DNA of 61,870 bases, the filler included, from Chiloscyllium plagiosum (Eukaryota), in assembly GCF_004010195.1 (NCBI RefSeq). It is 3 parts of one record of this genome, joined end to end, with 100 filler letters (N's around TTAATTAATTAA, not from the genome) between each part and the next. Parts side by side here need not be neighbours in the genome. Positions count along the whole stretch, not along the records: positions 15,257 to 31,465 come from NC_057717.1; positions 31,566 to 61,870 come from NC_057717.1; 1 more part is not named here. The stretch is one strand, 5' to 3'. Numbering within the stretch: position 1 is the stretch's first letter; every line of letters starts with the position of its first letter. The notes beneath the pieces were generated by a model. The model ran no database searches. It was given only the letters and a program-made list of their open reading frames with translations, and was not told the DNA's origin. Shown here piece by piece: positions 24,655 to 36,190 of this stretch. The translations under genes and the position numbers were made by a program.

Positions 24655-25356
24655 NNNNNNNNNNNNNNNNNNNNNNNNNNNNNNNNNNNNNNNNNNNNNN
24701 NNNNNNNNNNNNNNNNNNNNNNNNNNNNNNNNNNNNNNNNNNNNNNNNNNNNNNNNNNNNNNNNNNNNNNNNNNNNNNNNNNNNNNNNNNNNNNNNNNNN
24801 NNNNNNNNNNNNNNNNNNNNNNNNNNNNNNNNNNNNNNNNNNNNNNNNNNNNNNNNNNNNNNNNNNNNNNNNNNNNNNNNNNNNNNNNNNNNNNNNNNNN
24901 NNNNNNNNNNNNNNNNNNNNNNNNNNNNNNNNNNNNNNNNNNNNNNNNNNNNNNNNNNNNNNNNNNNNNNNNNNNNNNNNNNNNNNNNNNNNNNNNNNNN
25001 NNNNNNNNNNNNNNNNNNNNNNNNNNNNNNNNNNNNNNNNNNNNNNNNNNNNNNNNNNNNNNNNNNNNNNNNNNNNNNNNNNNNNNNNNNNNNNNNNNNN
25101 NNNNNNNNNNNNNNNNNNNNNNNNNNNNNNNNNNNNNNNNNNNNNNNNNNNNNNNNNNNNNNNNNNNNNNNNNNNNNNNNNNNNNNNNNNNNNNNNNNNN
25201 NNNNNNNNNNNNNNNNNNNNNNNNNNNNNNNNNNNNNNNNNNNNNNNNNNNNNNNNNNNNNNNNNNNNNNNNNNNNNNNNNNNNNNNNNNNNNNNNNNNN
25301 NNNNNNNNNNNNNNNNNNNNNNNNNNNNNNNNNNNNNNNNNNNNNNNNNNNNNNNN

Positions 25357-25668
25357 GCAGGGGACGGAGCCGGGAGTGGAGGTTGGGTTGGTGGGGGGTG
25401 TGGATCTGACGAGGGATTCACGAAGGGAGTGGTTTTTACGGAATGCTGATAGGGGAGGGGAAGGAAATATATCCTTGGTGGTGGGGTCCGTTTGAAGTTG
25501 GCGGAAATGACGGTGGATAATGCGCTGCACATGGAGATTGGTGGGGTGGTAGGTGAGGACCAGTGGGGTTCTGTCCTGGTGGGGGTTGGAGAGGCGGGGC
25601 TCAAGGGTGGAGGAGCGGGAAGTGGAAGAGATGCGGTGGAGGGCATCGTCGACCACGTCGGGGGGGAA
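25357..25668 (-). mobile_element. Penelope-like element fragment
   Basis: [58 protein letters not shown]; same family as 13951-14280. Confidence 0.9.
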
Positions 25669-25679
25669 ATCCTATCTCG

Positions 25680-27390
25680 ATTCAGAATTGTCTGGCTGAC
25701 AGAAGGCGGAGAGGGGTTTTGAATGGAAAGTATTCTGCCTGGAGGTCAGTGTTGAGTGGGGTCCCACAGGGCTCTGATCATGGGCCTCTGCTGTTTGTCG
25801 TTTTTATAAATAACTTGGATGAGGAGGTTGATGGGTAGGTTAGTAAGTTTGCAGATGACACAAAGGTTGGAGTTGTTGTCAACAGTATAGAGGGCTACTG
25901 CAGGCTGCAGCGCGACATAGACAGGATGCAGACCTGGGCTGAGGAATGGCAGATGGAGTTCAACCTGAATGCTTATGAGGTGAAGTATTTTGTAAGGTCG
26001 AATTCGAATGCTGAATATAGGGTTAAAGACATGAGTCTTCGCAGTGTGGAGGAACAGAGGGACTTCGGTGTGCAAGTACATAGATCCTTCAAAGTTGCCT
26101 GCCAAGCAGATAGGGTTGTTATGAAAGTATATGGTGCTTTGTCTTTCATTAACGAGGGATCGAGTGTCAGAACCGCGAGGTTTTGCTGCAGCTGTACAAG
26201 TCTCTGGTGATACAACACTTGGAATATTGTGTCCAGTTCTGGTCGCCCTACTAGAAGAAAGATACAGAGGCTTTGGATAAGGTGAAAAAAGCTTTACCCA
26301 GATGCAACCTGAACTGGAGGGCTTGCCTTATGAAAGAAGGTGGAATAAGCTCGGACTTTTCTCTCTGGAGAGAAGGAGGAAGAGAGGAGCCCTGATCGAG
26401 GTGTATAAAATAATGAGTGGAATAGATACAGTCAAGAGCCAGAGACTTCTCTCCAGGGCAGGATTGACTGGTACGAGGACTCATAGTTTGAAGATATTAG
26501 AGGGAAGGTATAATGGAAACGTCAGAGGTTTGTTCTTTACGGAAAGAGTTTGAATTCATGGAATGCATTGCCAGCTGTGGTGGTGGAAACAGAGTCTTTG
26601 GGAGATTTGAGCGACTGTGAGACATGCACTTGGATAGCCGTGAGTTGAAGGGTGCGACGGTTAGGTTACTATATTTTACATTATGATGAAACCTCGGCAC
26701 AACATCGTGGGCCAAAGGGCCTGTTCTGGGCGGTACTTTTCTATGTTCTATGTTCTATGTACAGATCGATCAAAGTTGCCACCCAAGTGGATAGGTTTGT
26801 TAAGAAAGCCTTTGGTGCTTTGGCTTTCATTAACAGGGAGACCGAGTTCAAAAGCCGCGATATTTTGCTTCAGTTCTACGAGACCACACTTGCAGTTTTG
26901 TGTCCAAACCTGGTCGCCCTATATAGGAACTATACGGAGGAGGGGGGCGGGGCGGCTTATCTTATGAAGAGAGGTTGACTAATCTCGAATTTTCTCTCTT
27001 GAGAGAAGGAGGAAGAAAGACCTGATCGAGGTATCCAAGGAAATGAGAGGTTTGCATAGAGTCAATAACCAGAGACCTTTTCCCAGGGCAGGATTGACTG
27101 GCACGAGGTGTCATCGTTTTAAGATATTAGCAGGAAACTATGGAGGAGACGTCAGAGTTAAGATCTTTCAGCAGTGAGTTGTGAATGCTTGGAATGGATT
27201 GCCAGTGATGGTGGCGGAAGCGCAGTCATTCGAGACATTTAAGCGACTGCTGGACATGCATATGCACATCAGTGAATTGAGGAGTGCGTAGGTCATGTTA
27301 CTATATTTTTGGTGAGGAATAATCCTCGGCAAAACATCGTAGGCCGACGGATTTGTTTTGTGCTGTACTTATTTATGTTCTATGTTCTGT
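25680..27390 (+). mobile_element. Two CR1 3' ends in tandem (25680-26760 and 26761-27390)
   Basis: [26 protein letters not shown] and LGLFSLERRR. A (TTCTATG)n tail at 26739-26760 is directly followed by a second RT C-terminus with its own tail at ~27375-27390. Confidence 0.9.
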
Positions 27391-27833
27391 TTATGAATGA
27401 GATAGAAAGAAGTCAATGATAATGTAAAATATTCTATCAAAGAAGACTGAGGAGGTAAATTCACTGAATATATTCCAAACATCGTCAAGGATTTAAATGA
27501 ATTCAAGGAAAATGGGGAGCAAGTGCAAATATAATATTGAGAAGGAGGTATGAAAAATTTGAAGAGTGGAAAAGCCTCTGAGGGATTTATGTTTCTTTCT
27601 TGCATTATAGTTGATTTGCCTCACGTCTTCACTCCTGTCTTGTGGAATCTCAACATAGCCGTCAGCTCACCAGCACTTTGGGAATCCATTCCCTAGCTCT
27701 TACAATATTATCAATGGGAAATCAATTCTTTGACAACATAGAAACTTAAAAATACAACACATTAACGTGCTCTTCTGTCCACGACATTATGCCGAAAACA
27801 GTCCGAAATTAAAATTAAAATATTTCCTTCTGT

Positions 27834-28147
27834 CTGCATTGCTATATATCCCTCAATTTCTGAATTTCATGCAAAGCACCTAACGTATCTGCATGCAACA
27901 TTACCCCACTAGTCTGATCCTGAGTCCGAAGGGTCTCTACATTAAATATGCCAATGCCCTCTGCTTTCAACATTTTTCCGCCCATCATACCTGCATTGCT
28001 ATATATCCCTCAATTTCTGAATTTCATGCAAAGCACCTAACGTATCTGCATGCAACATTACCCCAGTAGTCTGATCCTGAGTCCGAAGGCTCTCTACATT
28101 AAATATGCCAATGCCCTCTGCTTTCAACATTCTTCCGCCCATCATAC
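27834..28147 (+). repeat. 157-bp tandem duplication
   Basis: CTGCATTGCTATATATCCC...CCGCCCATCATAC occurs at 27834-27990 and 27991-28147 with only a few mismatches. Confidence 0.95.
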
Positions 28148-29729
28148 GTGTATTCACCCTAATATTATATATTTGAACTTCCATAAAAGAAACCTCCCTG
28201 ACTGTCCACGCTTCATGCACAGACCATAAGCTTTCAGGCTTCGACCAAGTCTCCCCTGAATGTCGGCTGCTGCAGAGAAAACAAATCGAAGATTTCGAGC
28301 CTCTCCTATTTTTCATACCTTCCAAACTAACCAGCATCGCCCTAAAACTCTTATATACACTCTACAAAGTCTCCACATCCTTCTTGCAACGTGGTCACAG
28401 AAGCACCAAACATTGGCCAGACTCTGGAATAGAAATTCCTTGTTTTTCTGGATTTCTTTGAATATTCAGTGGCTCTGTCACCATGTTTCTCTGATTCAAA
28501 CACCCTTACTCGTCGAAACATCTTCTCAACATCTCTCCCATCATATCTCCTCAGAACATTGTATGTTTCAATCAGCTGACCCTGATTTTAGTAAACTGTG
28601 GTAAATAAGCACAAACTGTTAGATGTTATTAAAAAGAGATCACCTTCAAAATATGAACTATCCAAGTGAATGCATACCTAAGCGTTTTCAAAGTTAGGAT
28701 ATCCTTTCGTGAAAACAGCGACTATAAGTGTACAATGTACCCCAGGCACTACTTCACCAACCACAAATAGATTTGAAACAGGATCTTCCTAATTTTGATC
28801 TCCGACATCGACGCAATATCTCTAACGGATTTGGTACATCGAGCGACTGTTGGTCGTGATTGGGTATGCATAAGAGGTTGGTACCGGTACTGCAGATTTC
28901 GCCCCAATCATTCAAGCATTTAATTACAAAGTTAAGTATTTTGGGCGTTACACTCGGAAGTGTTGCCAAAGATGTTGAATGTTCATTGCTGGCGGCACTG
29001 TTATTTAGATTTATGCTATGCACAGGATTCTGAACAAAGTGAGGAACTAAAATAAACATGCAATACAAGAAGTGTTAATGCACAATATAAATGACAATAA
29101 CAAGCTTATGAATAAAAGCTACTGACTGGTAAAATGGACAGACTTTTGAAATGACAATGTAATGGAAAATCATGAAAATTGTGCGCAGAATCCAGATCAT
29201 TCCAACCAAATATATCCTCAAACAGCAACAGCCCTATCACGATTCAATGGCTGCAAGAATGGATTACTCATTTCCCACAGAACCTACTTGGAATGGAAGC
29301 AAACCATCCTCGACCCTGAGGAACGACCTCAAAAATCGTTGATATTACTGTGGCAAATGGAATCTTACGCTATATGCTCAAACAGAACTACGTATACTCA
29401 AACGTTACAACATTTTTTTCCGAAGAATTATTGCAGGTACGCCAAGCGAACTATCTTGTCAACATCACAACGTAACCCACAACAAAGTGATGGAGTGAAA
29501 TGAGATTGGTGCCAACATCCATTGGACAGCGATTACACTGGAGCTAAGGTATAAGGAAGACATTTTGTGCTTTCAATTTAGAGAGATGGAGTTTAATTTT
29601 TCAACATTAATATTGTATCAAGAGTGATAGAGTTAACCTGGATAACAAAGCATAGAGTTTCGTTCGCAACGTTACCAGAAAGTTCAAGAAGAATCTGAAT
29701 GACAAGGCTCACTGTTATAGTTGATTGTC

Positions 29730-30930
29730 ATGAGTTGGAGATGCCGGTGTTGGACTGGGGTGTAGAAAGTAAAAAAATACACAGATTATAGTTCAACAGG
29801 TTTATTTGAAAGCACTAGCTTTTGGAGCACTGCTCCTTCATCAGGTGATTGTAAGGCGCAAAATTTACAACAGACATTTACAGTGTGATGTAACTGAAAT
29901 TATATAATGAAAAAAACCTGGATGGTTTGTTAAATATCTTACCTTTTAGAATGACCATGTTGGTTTCAGTTCTTTCAGATCTAAATTGCAAAACATTTTT
30001 TTAGATTTACATTCCTAAGTGAACCTTTCAGTTGGTGTCATGTCGGTCAGATAAGGTATTAAAGGTGTTAGCTCCCTGTGACTGCTGTCTGTNNNNNNNN
30101 NNNNNNNNNNNNNNNNNNNNNNNNNNNNNNNNNNNNNNNNNNNNNNNNNNNNNNNNNNNNNNNNNNNNNNNNNNNNATGCAGGGTCTGATTGTGTGTTTG
30201 TGTATGTGTGTGAACTCATTGCAATATCCACACTCACAGGCAGACGGACACAGACAGACACTCCGACGCGCGCGCGTGCATACACACACACACGTACACA
30301 CATTTAGACCCTCTCCCATACACTCACAGAGACTCCCGCACGGATCTTCTCACAAACTTAAACCCCTTTACATTCACACTCACACACAAACACACACTCT
30401 CACTGACACTCATGACTCATCCACCCCCATGGCCTCAACACATACGCACTCCCACGTGCTCACAAGCATGTATATGTTTGTGGGGTGACTTTGTACTTGC
30501 AGGATTACATTTAACTTTCCTCGAAAACATCATTAATCCACGTAAGTTTTTGTAAATCCGTCTTTTTGAAATTAGAATCAGTCTGACAATTTTGACACAA
30601 ACAGCCTTACAGGGAGCTAATGCCTTCAATACCTTATCTGGGCCGTCATGACACCAATTGTTAAAGTTCACTTGAGAATGTAATTTTAAAAAAAAAGTTT
30701 TGCGATTTATATATAAAAGAACCGAAACCAACATGGTCATTCTAAAACATGAGATACTTAACAAACAATTCCAGGTCATTTTCAAGACATAATTTCAGAT
30801 GCATCACACTGTAAAGTTTTGCTATCAATTCGGTGTCTTACATTCTTGTTCTCCACAATTGCTCGATGAGCTAGTGCTTCCAATTACACCAATTGTTCTA
30901 TAACCTGGTGTTGTGTGATTTTTAACATAG
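29730..30930. mobile_element. Penelope-type element with long inverted terminal segments around a CA-rich core
   Basis: 29880-30092 is approximately the reverse complement of 30595-30812, and similarity extends to the outer ends. A hammerhead-like motif lies on the minus strand at 29813-29847. A CA-rich tract spans 30230-30470. Confidence 0.7.
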
Positions 30931-31138
30931 GTGACTGTGGAATTCAAAAATAAAAATGCAGAGATTGCACAGCAAAAATAGTGAAGGAAATAACAAGAAG
31001 AATGTCGGAAAATGCTGGTGCATCTCAGCTGTTCTGGCAGCATCTTCGAGAAGAAAGCAGAGCTAACATTTGGAGCTTGGTGTCTCTTCACCCGAACAGC
31101 TTAATATGTTGAATCAATAAATGAATGTTGATACTTAC

Positions 31139-31247
31139 TGCATACCCCAATTACAACCAAAATCGGAAAGTACAAGTACTGAAAAATGTGAAATGCACAG
31201 AGAATAGAATCAGACAATGTTAACCACAAACGATTTCCAGAGACCAT
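31139..31247 (-). CDS. Candidate upstream coding exon of the minus-strand GPR139-like gene (N-terminus and first half of TM1)
   Basis: Encodes MVSGNRLWLTLSDSILCAFHIFQYLYFPILVVIGVC plus 1 nt, then donor GTAAGT. YFPILVVIGV matches the family TM1 pattern YYP.L..IG.P. Phase 1 matches the acceptor at 18271. Confidence 0.7.
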
Positions 31248-31580
31248 TTCAACAAATATCTTAATCTCTCTGCAGTTTTGTCAAAAGTCCAATTATTTGT
31301 AGTCAGATCCTAAAGCAATACTGTATTACTCTGTGAGATGTCCTTGATTTGTGATCTTATTTTGCAACGGTATTATTTCCTGTGCTCAGACTACAGTCCT
31401 TCCTCTCCCTCTTTCCTAAAACTGTTGTGCCGGTGATAATGTTTCAGTTGTCCCAATGGGATAAGNNNNNNNNNNNNNNNNNNNNNNNNNNNNNNNNNNN
31501 NNNNNNNNNTTAATTAATTAANNNNNNNNNNNNNNNNNNNNNNNNNNNNNNNNNNNNNNNNNNNNTATGTCTGGCCTTCA

Positions 31581-32312
31581 GTAGTTTTACGACACAGGAT
31601 AAACGTTCTTGTTCAATTTAATCCAGCAACACAGAAAAGATTTATCCTGCGCAGTAATCTGTGAAAATTTGAGAGATCAAAACCTATTTAAATTAAAAAT
31701 TAACAACTTTATTTCTTAAAGTATAACATAGAATATTCAACGAACTACTATTCACAATTTCTTCCTCCAACCTATAATTTACGTTCACCTTCTGCAAAGC
31801 CAGACTGACAGAAACCCCAGTTACAAAGCAAAAGTTCAATACAGGGCAGCCTTCGGTTCTTCTCTGTATTCCTGGAAAATGTTCTTCTTTCTAGGGATTC
31901 TGCATGACAGTTTACTGATCGATAAAGGGGACTACTTTGAAGGAAATCTTTATATGTTGGTAGCGTGGCAGTTCTCCTCTATACTGTTCAATATTCCCTG
32001 GTTTAATACACCCTCCCAAAATAGAACAAGGCAATAAGTCATTGTCCTTTATAACTGTCAATACACCCAATTCAAATTTGCTTGGAATTTGATTTGGTAT
32101 TTTGGGGTACAATTTGAGCTGATTGGCAGAATTCGAATTTGGCATTGTCTCCAGTTAACCAGCTAATCGAGTTACTTGAACAAGTGTCACATTATTACCT
32201 TATTACAAACACTTGGTGTTGTTTCCGGCAGTACAGCTGGCTTCTAACTCACTTAACGTCAAATACACCCATATCTTCAATCACCTCCTCCACTAAAAAA
32301 GGAAACATCACA
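31581..32312. repeat. Possible solo LTR
   Basis: Begins (T)TTTACGACACAGG and ends ...CATCACA, resembling the LTR termini of the local gypsy family. About 730 bp, non-coding. Support is weak. Confidence 0.35.
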
Positions 32313-32969
32313 CTGAAAAGTTGGCTTTATTCGATTTGTTTAAAGGAATTGGATTTCTTCGTATTTCCAAGGTATTTGTTCGGAAACACTCGGATTGAAT
32401 TATTTGGTACACAATTCTCCACACATTTGCGAATGAAATCTTTGACAGACGTTGCTTACTTGTCCCAGCTTTCTGCTGAATGGTTGAACGCGGACCAGTC
32501 CACTATTTGAGAGCAGTCCCACAGACTTTCTTCCACAGTGTAGGACTTGCACTGTACTTCGTATTGTGAAGGGTCTACACATTTCAACTTGTGTTTGCAA
32601 GCTGGGATAAGGCTGTTTGGAGCGTGCACATTCAACTGCGATAGCTTTAACCAGTGATCATCAGTTTGAAGTACACTTCGTTCTCACCCTGGCATGTTGG
32701 CTCATACCCCTCACTAAACCATTGATCAGGTTGTTTACAATGATAGGTCTCGGAATTGTGCCAAGCAAAAGAAGAAGTTACCGATTGTGGTAGGATATCC
32801 TGCTTCCACTGCCTCTGTGGTCGACAGCATCACATCAATGTCAGCAATACTATATTCAAGGAAGGTCGGTGAGCCAGATCACTGAAAGTATATCAAGTAT
32901 TTTTGACTTGCAAATGAATTGTGGGCTAAACATAATTGATCGTAGAAGGGAATTGAGAGTCATTGAGAG

Positions 32970-35900
32970 TTAGATTCTTGCAGTATGAAAATAGACTGTT
33001 CTGCCGATGCTGAACATGGTTCTTCAACTGAACCAGCCCCATACGCTCCCGTTTGATCCACATCCGTCTAAACCCTTCCGGTCCATGTTTTTTTTTAATG
33101 TTGTAATTTACTCGAACCTACAACCTCCTATAACAGCTTGTTCCACATGGTCACTGAGCTCTGTGTGCAAGTTTTGATGCTCATTTCCCTTTGAAATCCT
33201 TTACCCCCTCACCATAGTCTTGTGGATTCTAGTTTTTTGACGGCGCTAGCCCGGGAAGAAGACATTGGCTATTCACCTTATTTGTGCTCCTCATGATCAC
33301 ATAAACCTCAGAATGGTCACTCATCAGCCTGAAAAGCAAGAGTGGAAAAAAGTCCCAGCCTATACTTCAGAAAAAAATTTCAGTCGATTTCAGTTACATC
33401 ATTTTCAATGCTTTTTTACACCATTCCCTGTTTAATAACATCCTTCCTAAAGCTGAGCCACGAGAATTGTACACAGCATTCCAAATGACACATTGGATTT
33501 GTCATGCACAGCCGTAACATAATGTCTCCATGCCAGCACTCAATGTTCCTGACCAATAAAGGCAACATGCGAAACAGTTTCTTCACTGCACTGTCTACTT
33601 TTGACTCCACTTCCTAGGAACAGTGTGCCTGCACTCCTGGGACTCCATGTTGGACAAATAAACCATAGTGCGCTATCATTAACTGTATCAACACTGCTGT
33701 AGTTTGTTGAATAAAAATCAACACCTCACATTTATCTGCAATTAACTCCATCTGCCAGTCATCAGGCAATTGGTCCAAATGGTGAGTATTACTTTATAGT
33801 CTTGGATAGCGTTATTCATTGAATGCAACCATGCTGGTACTATCTGACTATTCATGTTTCCAATATTCTGATCGAAATGTTTTCAATGAACAGTGAATCA
33901 GAATGAATCCAGCAGTGGTCCTCGTGGCACACCGCTGGTGACAGGTCTCCAGTTGGAACAACAGTCCTCTGACACCACTGTCCGTCTCCTATCATCAAGC
34001 CACTTTTGTGCACAGTTGGTGCACACCCTCCATCCTTGTGTGTTCTAATCATACTAATCAGTCTCCCGTGTGGAACCTCGTGGATGGATTTGCTAACGTA
34101 CATGTCGGCAAATGATACAACTCGTGCTTAATCTTACTTTTGGTCACTTCATCAAAAACTTAATCTTCAAAAAATATTTTCCTTACCGAGGGTATTGCAT
34201 ATTAACTGAAATCAGTCATTGCTTTCCCGTATGTATATAAATCATGTCTCCTTGTTACAACATACTCACCACTGATGTCAGGGCTCATGGGTCTGCAGTT
34301 CTCTCGATTTCCCTTGGAGACTTCTTAAAAGAAAAACACGACATTAGCCACTCTCCAGTCTTTTGGATGCAGGTTTGCTCGCTGAGCTGAAAGCTTCATT
34401 TCCAGACATTTCATTACCTTACAAGGTAACATCTTCAGTGGACCACATGCTAAACAATGCTGAAAATTCCTGCTGTCTATTTATGTGCTTGGGTTTCTTT
34501 GGGTTGGTGAGGCATTTCCTGCGTTGATATCATTTCCTGTGGTGAAGTAACTTCCTGGCAGATGGGGTCTAACTCGATGTGTTTGTTGCTAGAGTTCCAT
34601 TTGTAATGCCATGCTTCTAGGAACTTTTGTGCATATCATTGCTTAACTTGTCCTAGGATGAATGTATTGTCCCAGTCGAAGTGGTGTCCTTCCTCATCCG
34701 TATGTGAGGATACTAGTGAGAGAGGGTCATGTATTTTTTGTGGCTAATTGGTGTTCATGTATCCTGGTGGCTACTTTTCAGCCTGGTTGTCCAATGTAGT
34801 GTTTGTTACAGTCCTTGCATGGTATTTTGTAAATGACGTTAGTTTTGCCCATTGTCTGTACAGGTTATTTCAAGTTCATTAGCTGCTGTTTTAGTGTGTT
34901 GCTGAGTTTGTGGGCTACCATGATGCGAAGTGGTCTGAGTAGTCAGGCAGTCATTTCCGTGATGTCTTTGATGTAGGGGAGAGTGGCTCGGGTTTCTGGG
35001 CGTGTTTTGTCTGCTTGTTTGGGTTTGTTGCTGAGAAATCGGCAAGCTGTGTTAATTGGTTACCCATTCTTTTTGAATACACGGTTCAGGTAATTTTCCT
35101 CTGCTCTGCCTAGTTCCTCTGTGCTGTAGTGTGTGTTGGCTCGTTGAAATAATTTTCTGATGCAGCTTCGTTTGTGGGTGTTGGGATGATTACTTCTGTA
35201 GTTCAATATTTGAACTGTATGTGTTGTTTTTCTGTAGATGCTGGTTTAATGTTCCCCATTGGCTGTTCGCTCCTCTGTGACCTCGATGAATGGCAGTTTG
35301 TTGTTGATTTTCTCCTCTTTAGTGAATGTTATGCCAGTAAGGGTATTATTGATGATCTTGAAGGTTTCCGCTAATTTGTTCCCATATCAGGATGCTTAGC
35401 AGTGGAAGTAATGCAGAGACTTGAGCAGACCGCACTGCCAACCATCCAACACAAACTCTGGAGCTTCTACATGGATGACATTTTCGTTATCACTAAACAA
35501 ATCATCTACCACCCCATCAAAAAGGAACAAGATGTGACTTCACCACAGGAAATAGCATCACCACTGGAAATGACATCACCATCCCAAAGAAAGCCAAACA
35601 TATAAATAGAAAGCATGAATTTTCAATATTGCTTCGCATGAGGTCCATAGGATATGCTACCTGGTAAGGTCATGAAACGTCTGGAAATGAACCTTTCAGC
35701 GCAGCGTGCAAATCAACATCCAAAACTTCTCCAACCTCTCCAGTCTTCTAGCACATCACCTTCAGCGGTCGAAGATACAAATATCTCTGCTCGTGGCCCC
35801 ACAATTTCTTCTCCAGCATCCAACCAAGTCCTGAGACACCCTTGATTGGGTTCAGGAAATAATCTATCTTTATGCATTTTAGGATCTCTATTACCTTCTC

Positions 35901-36190
35901 TTCAGTAACGTAAACACTTTTGAAAATAACACGGTTTATTTTCCTGAAGTTCCCGCCCTTCCATGTCTTTCTCCGCACTAAATACTGACGAAAAATATTC
36001 GTTTGAATTCTTACCATGTCCTCTGGTTCCACACATAGATGGAATAAAGGGCCACCATTTTCTCCCCAGTTTAACATTTGCCCATAAATTATTGGAAAAT
36101 CTATCTGGATTCTCTTTTAAGTTGTCTGCCAAAGATATCTCATGTGTCCCTATTTACTTCTTAACTGTATTCCTCAACGGTTTGACTGTC
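32970..36190 (-). mobile_element. Degenerate CR1 LINE interrupted by a Penelope-like insertion
   Basis: HLECCVQFSW, HEVPHGRLI and NEYFSSVFSAEKDME. The element resumes across 34363-35735, where CTCTCCAGTCTT is duplicated. Confidence 0.8.
34363..35735 (-). mobile_element. Penelope-like element with inverted terminal repeats, a 5' inversion and a 12-bp TSD
   Basis: Minus-strand RT thumb and GIY-YIG at 34560-35380. Plus-strand RT piece KLWSFYMDDIFVITK at 35385-35500. The repeat at 34363-34555 is inverted at 35520-35727. TSD at 34351-34362 and 35736-35747. Confidence 0.85.
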
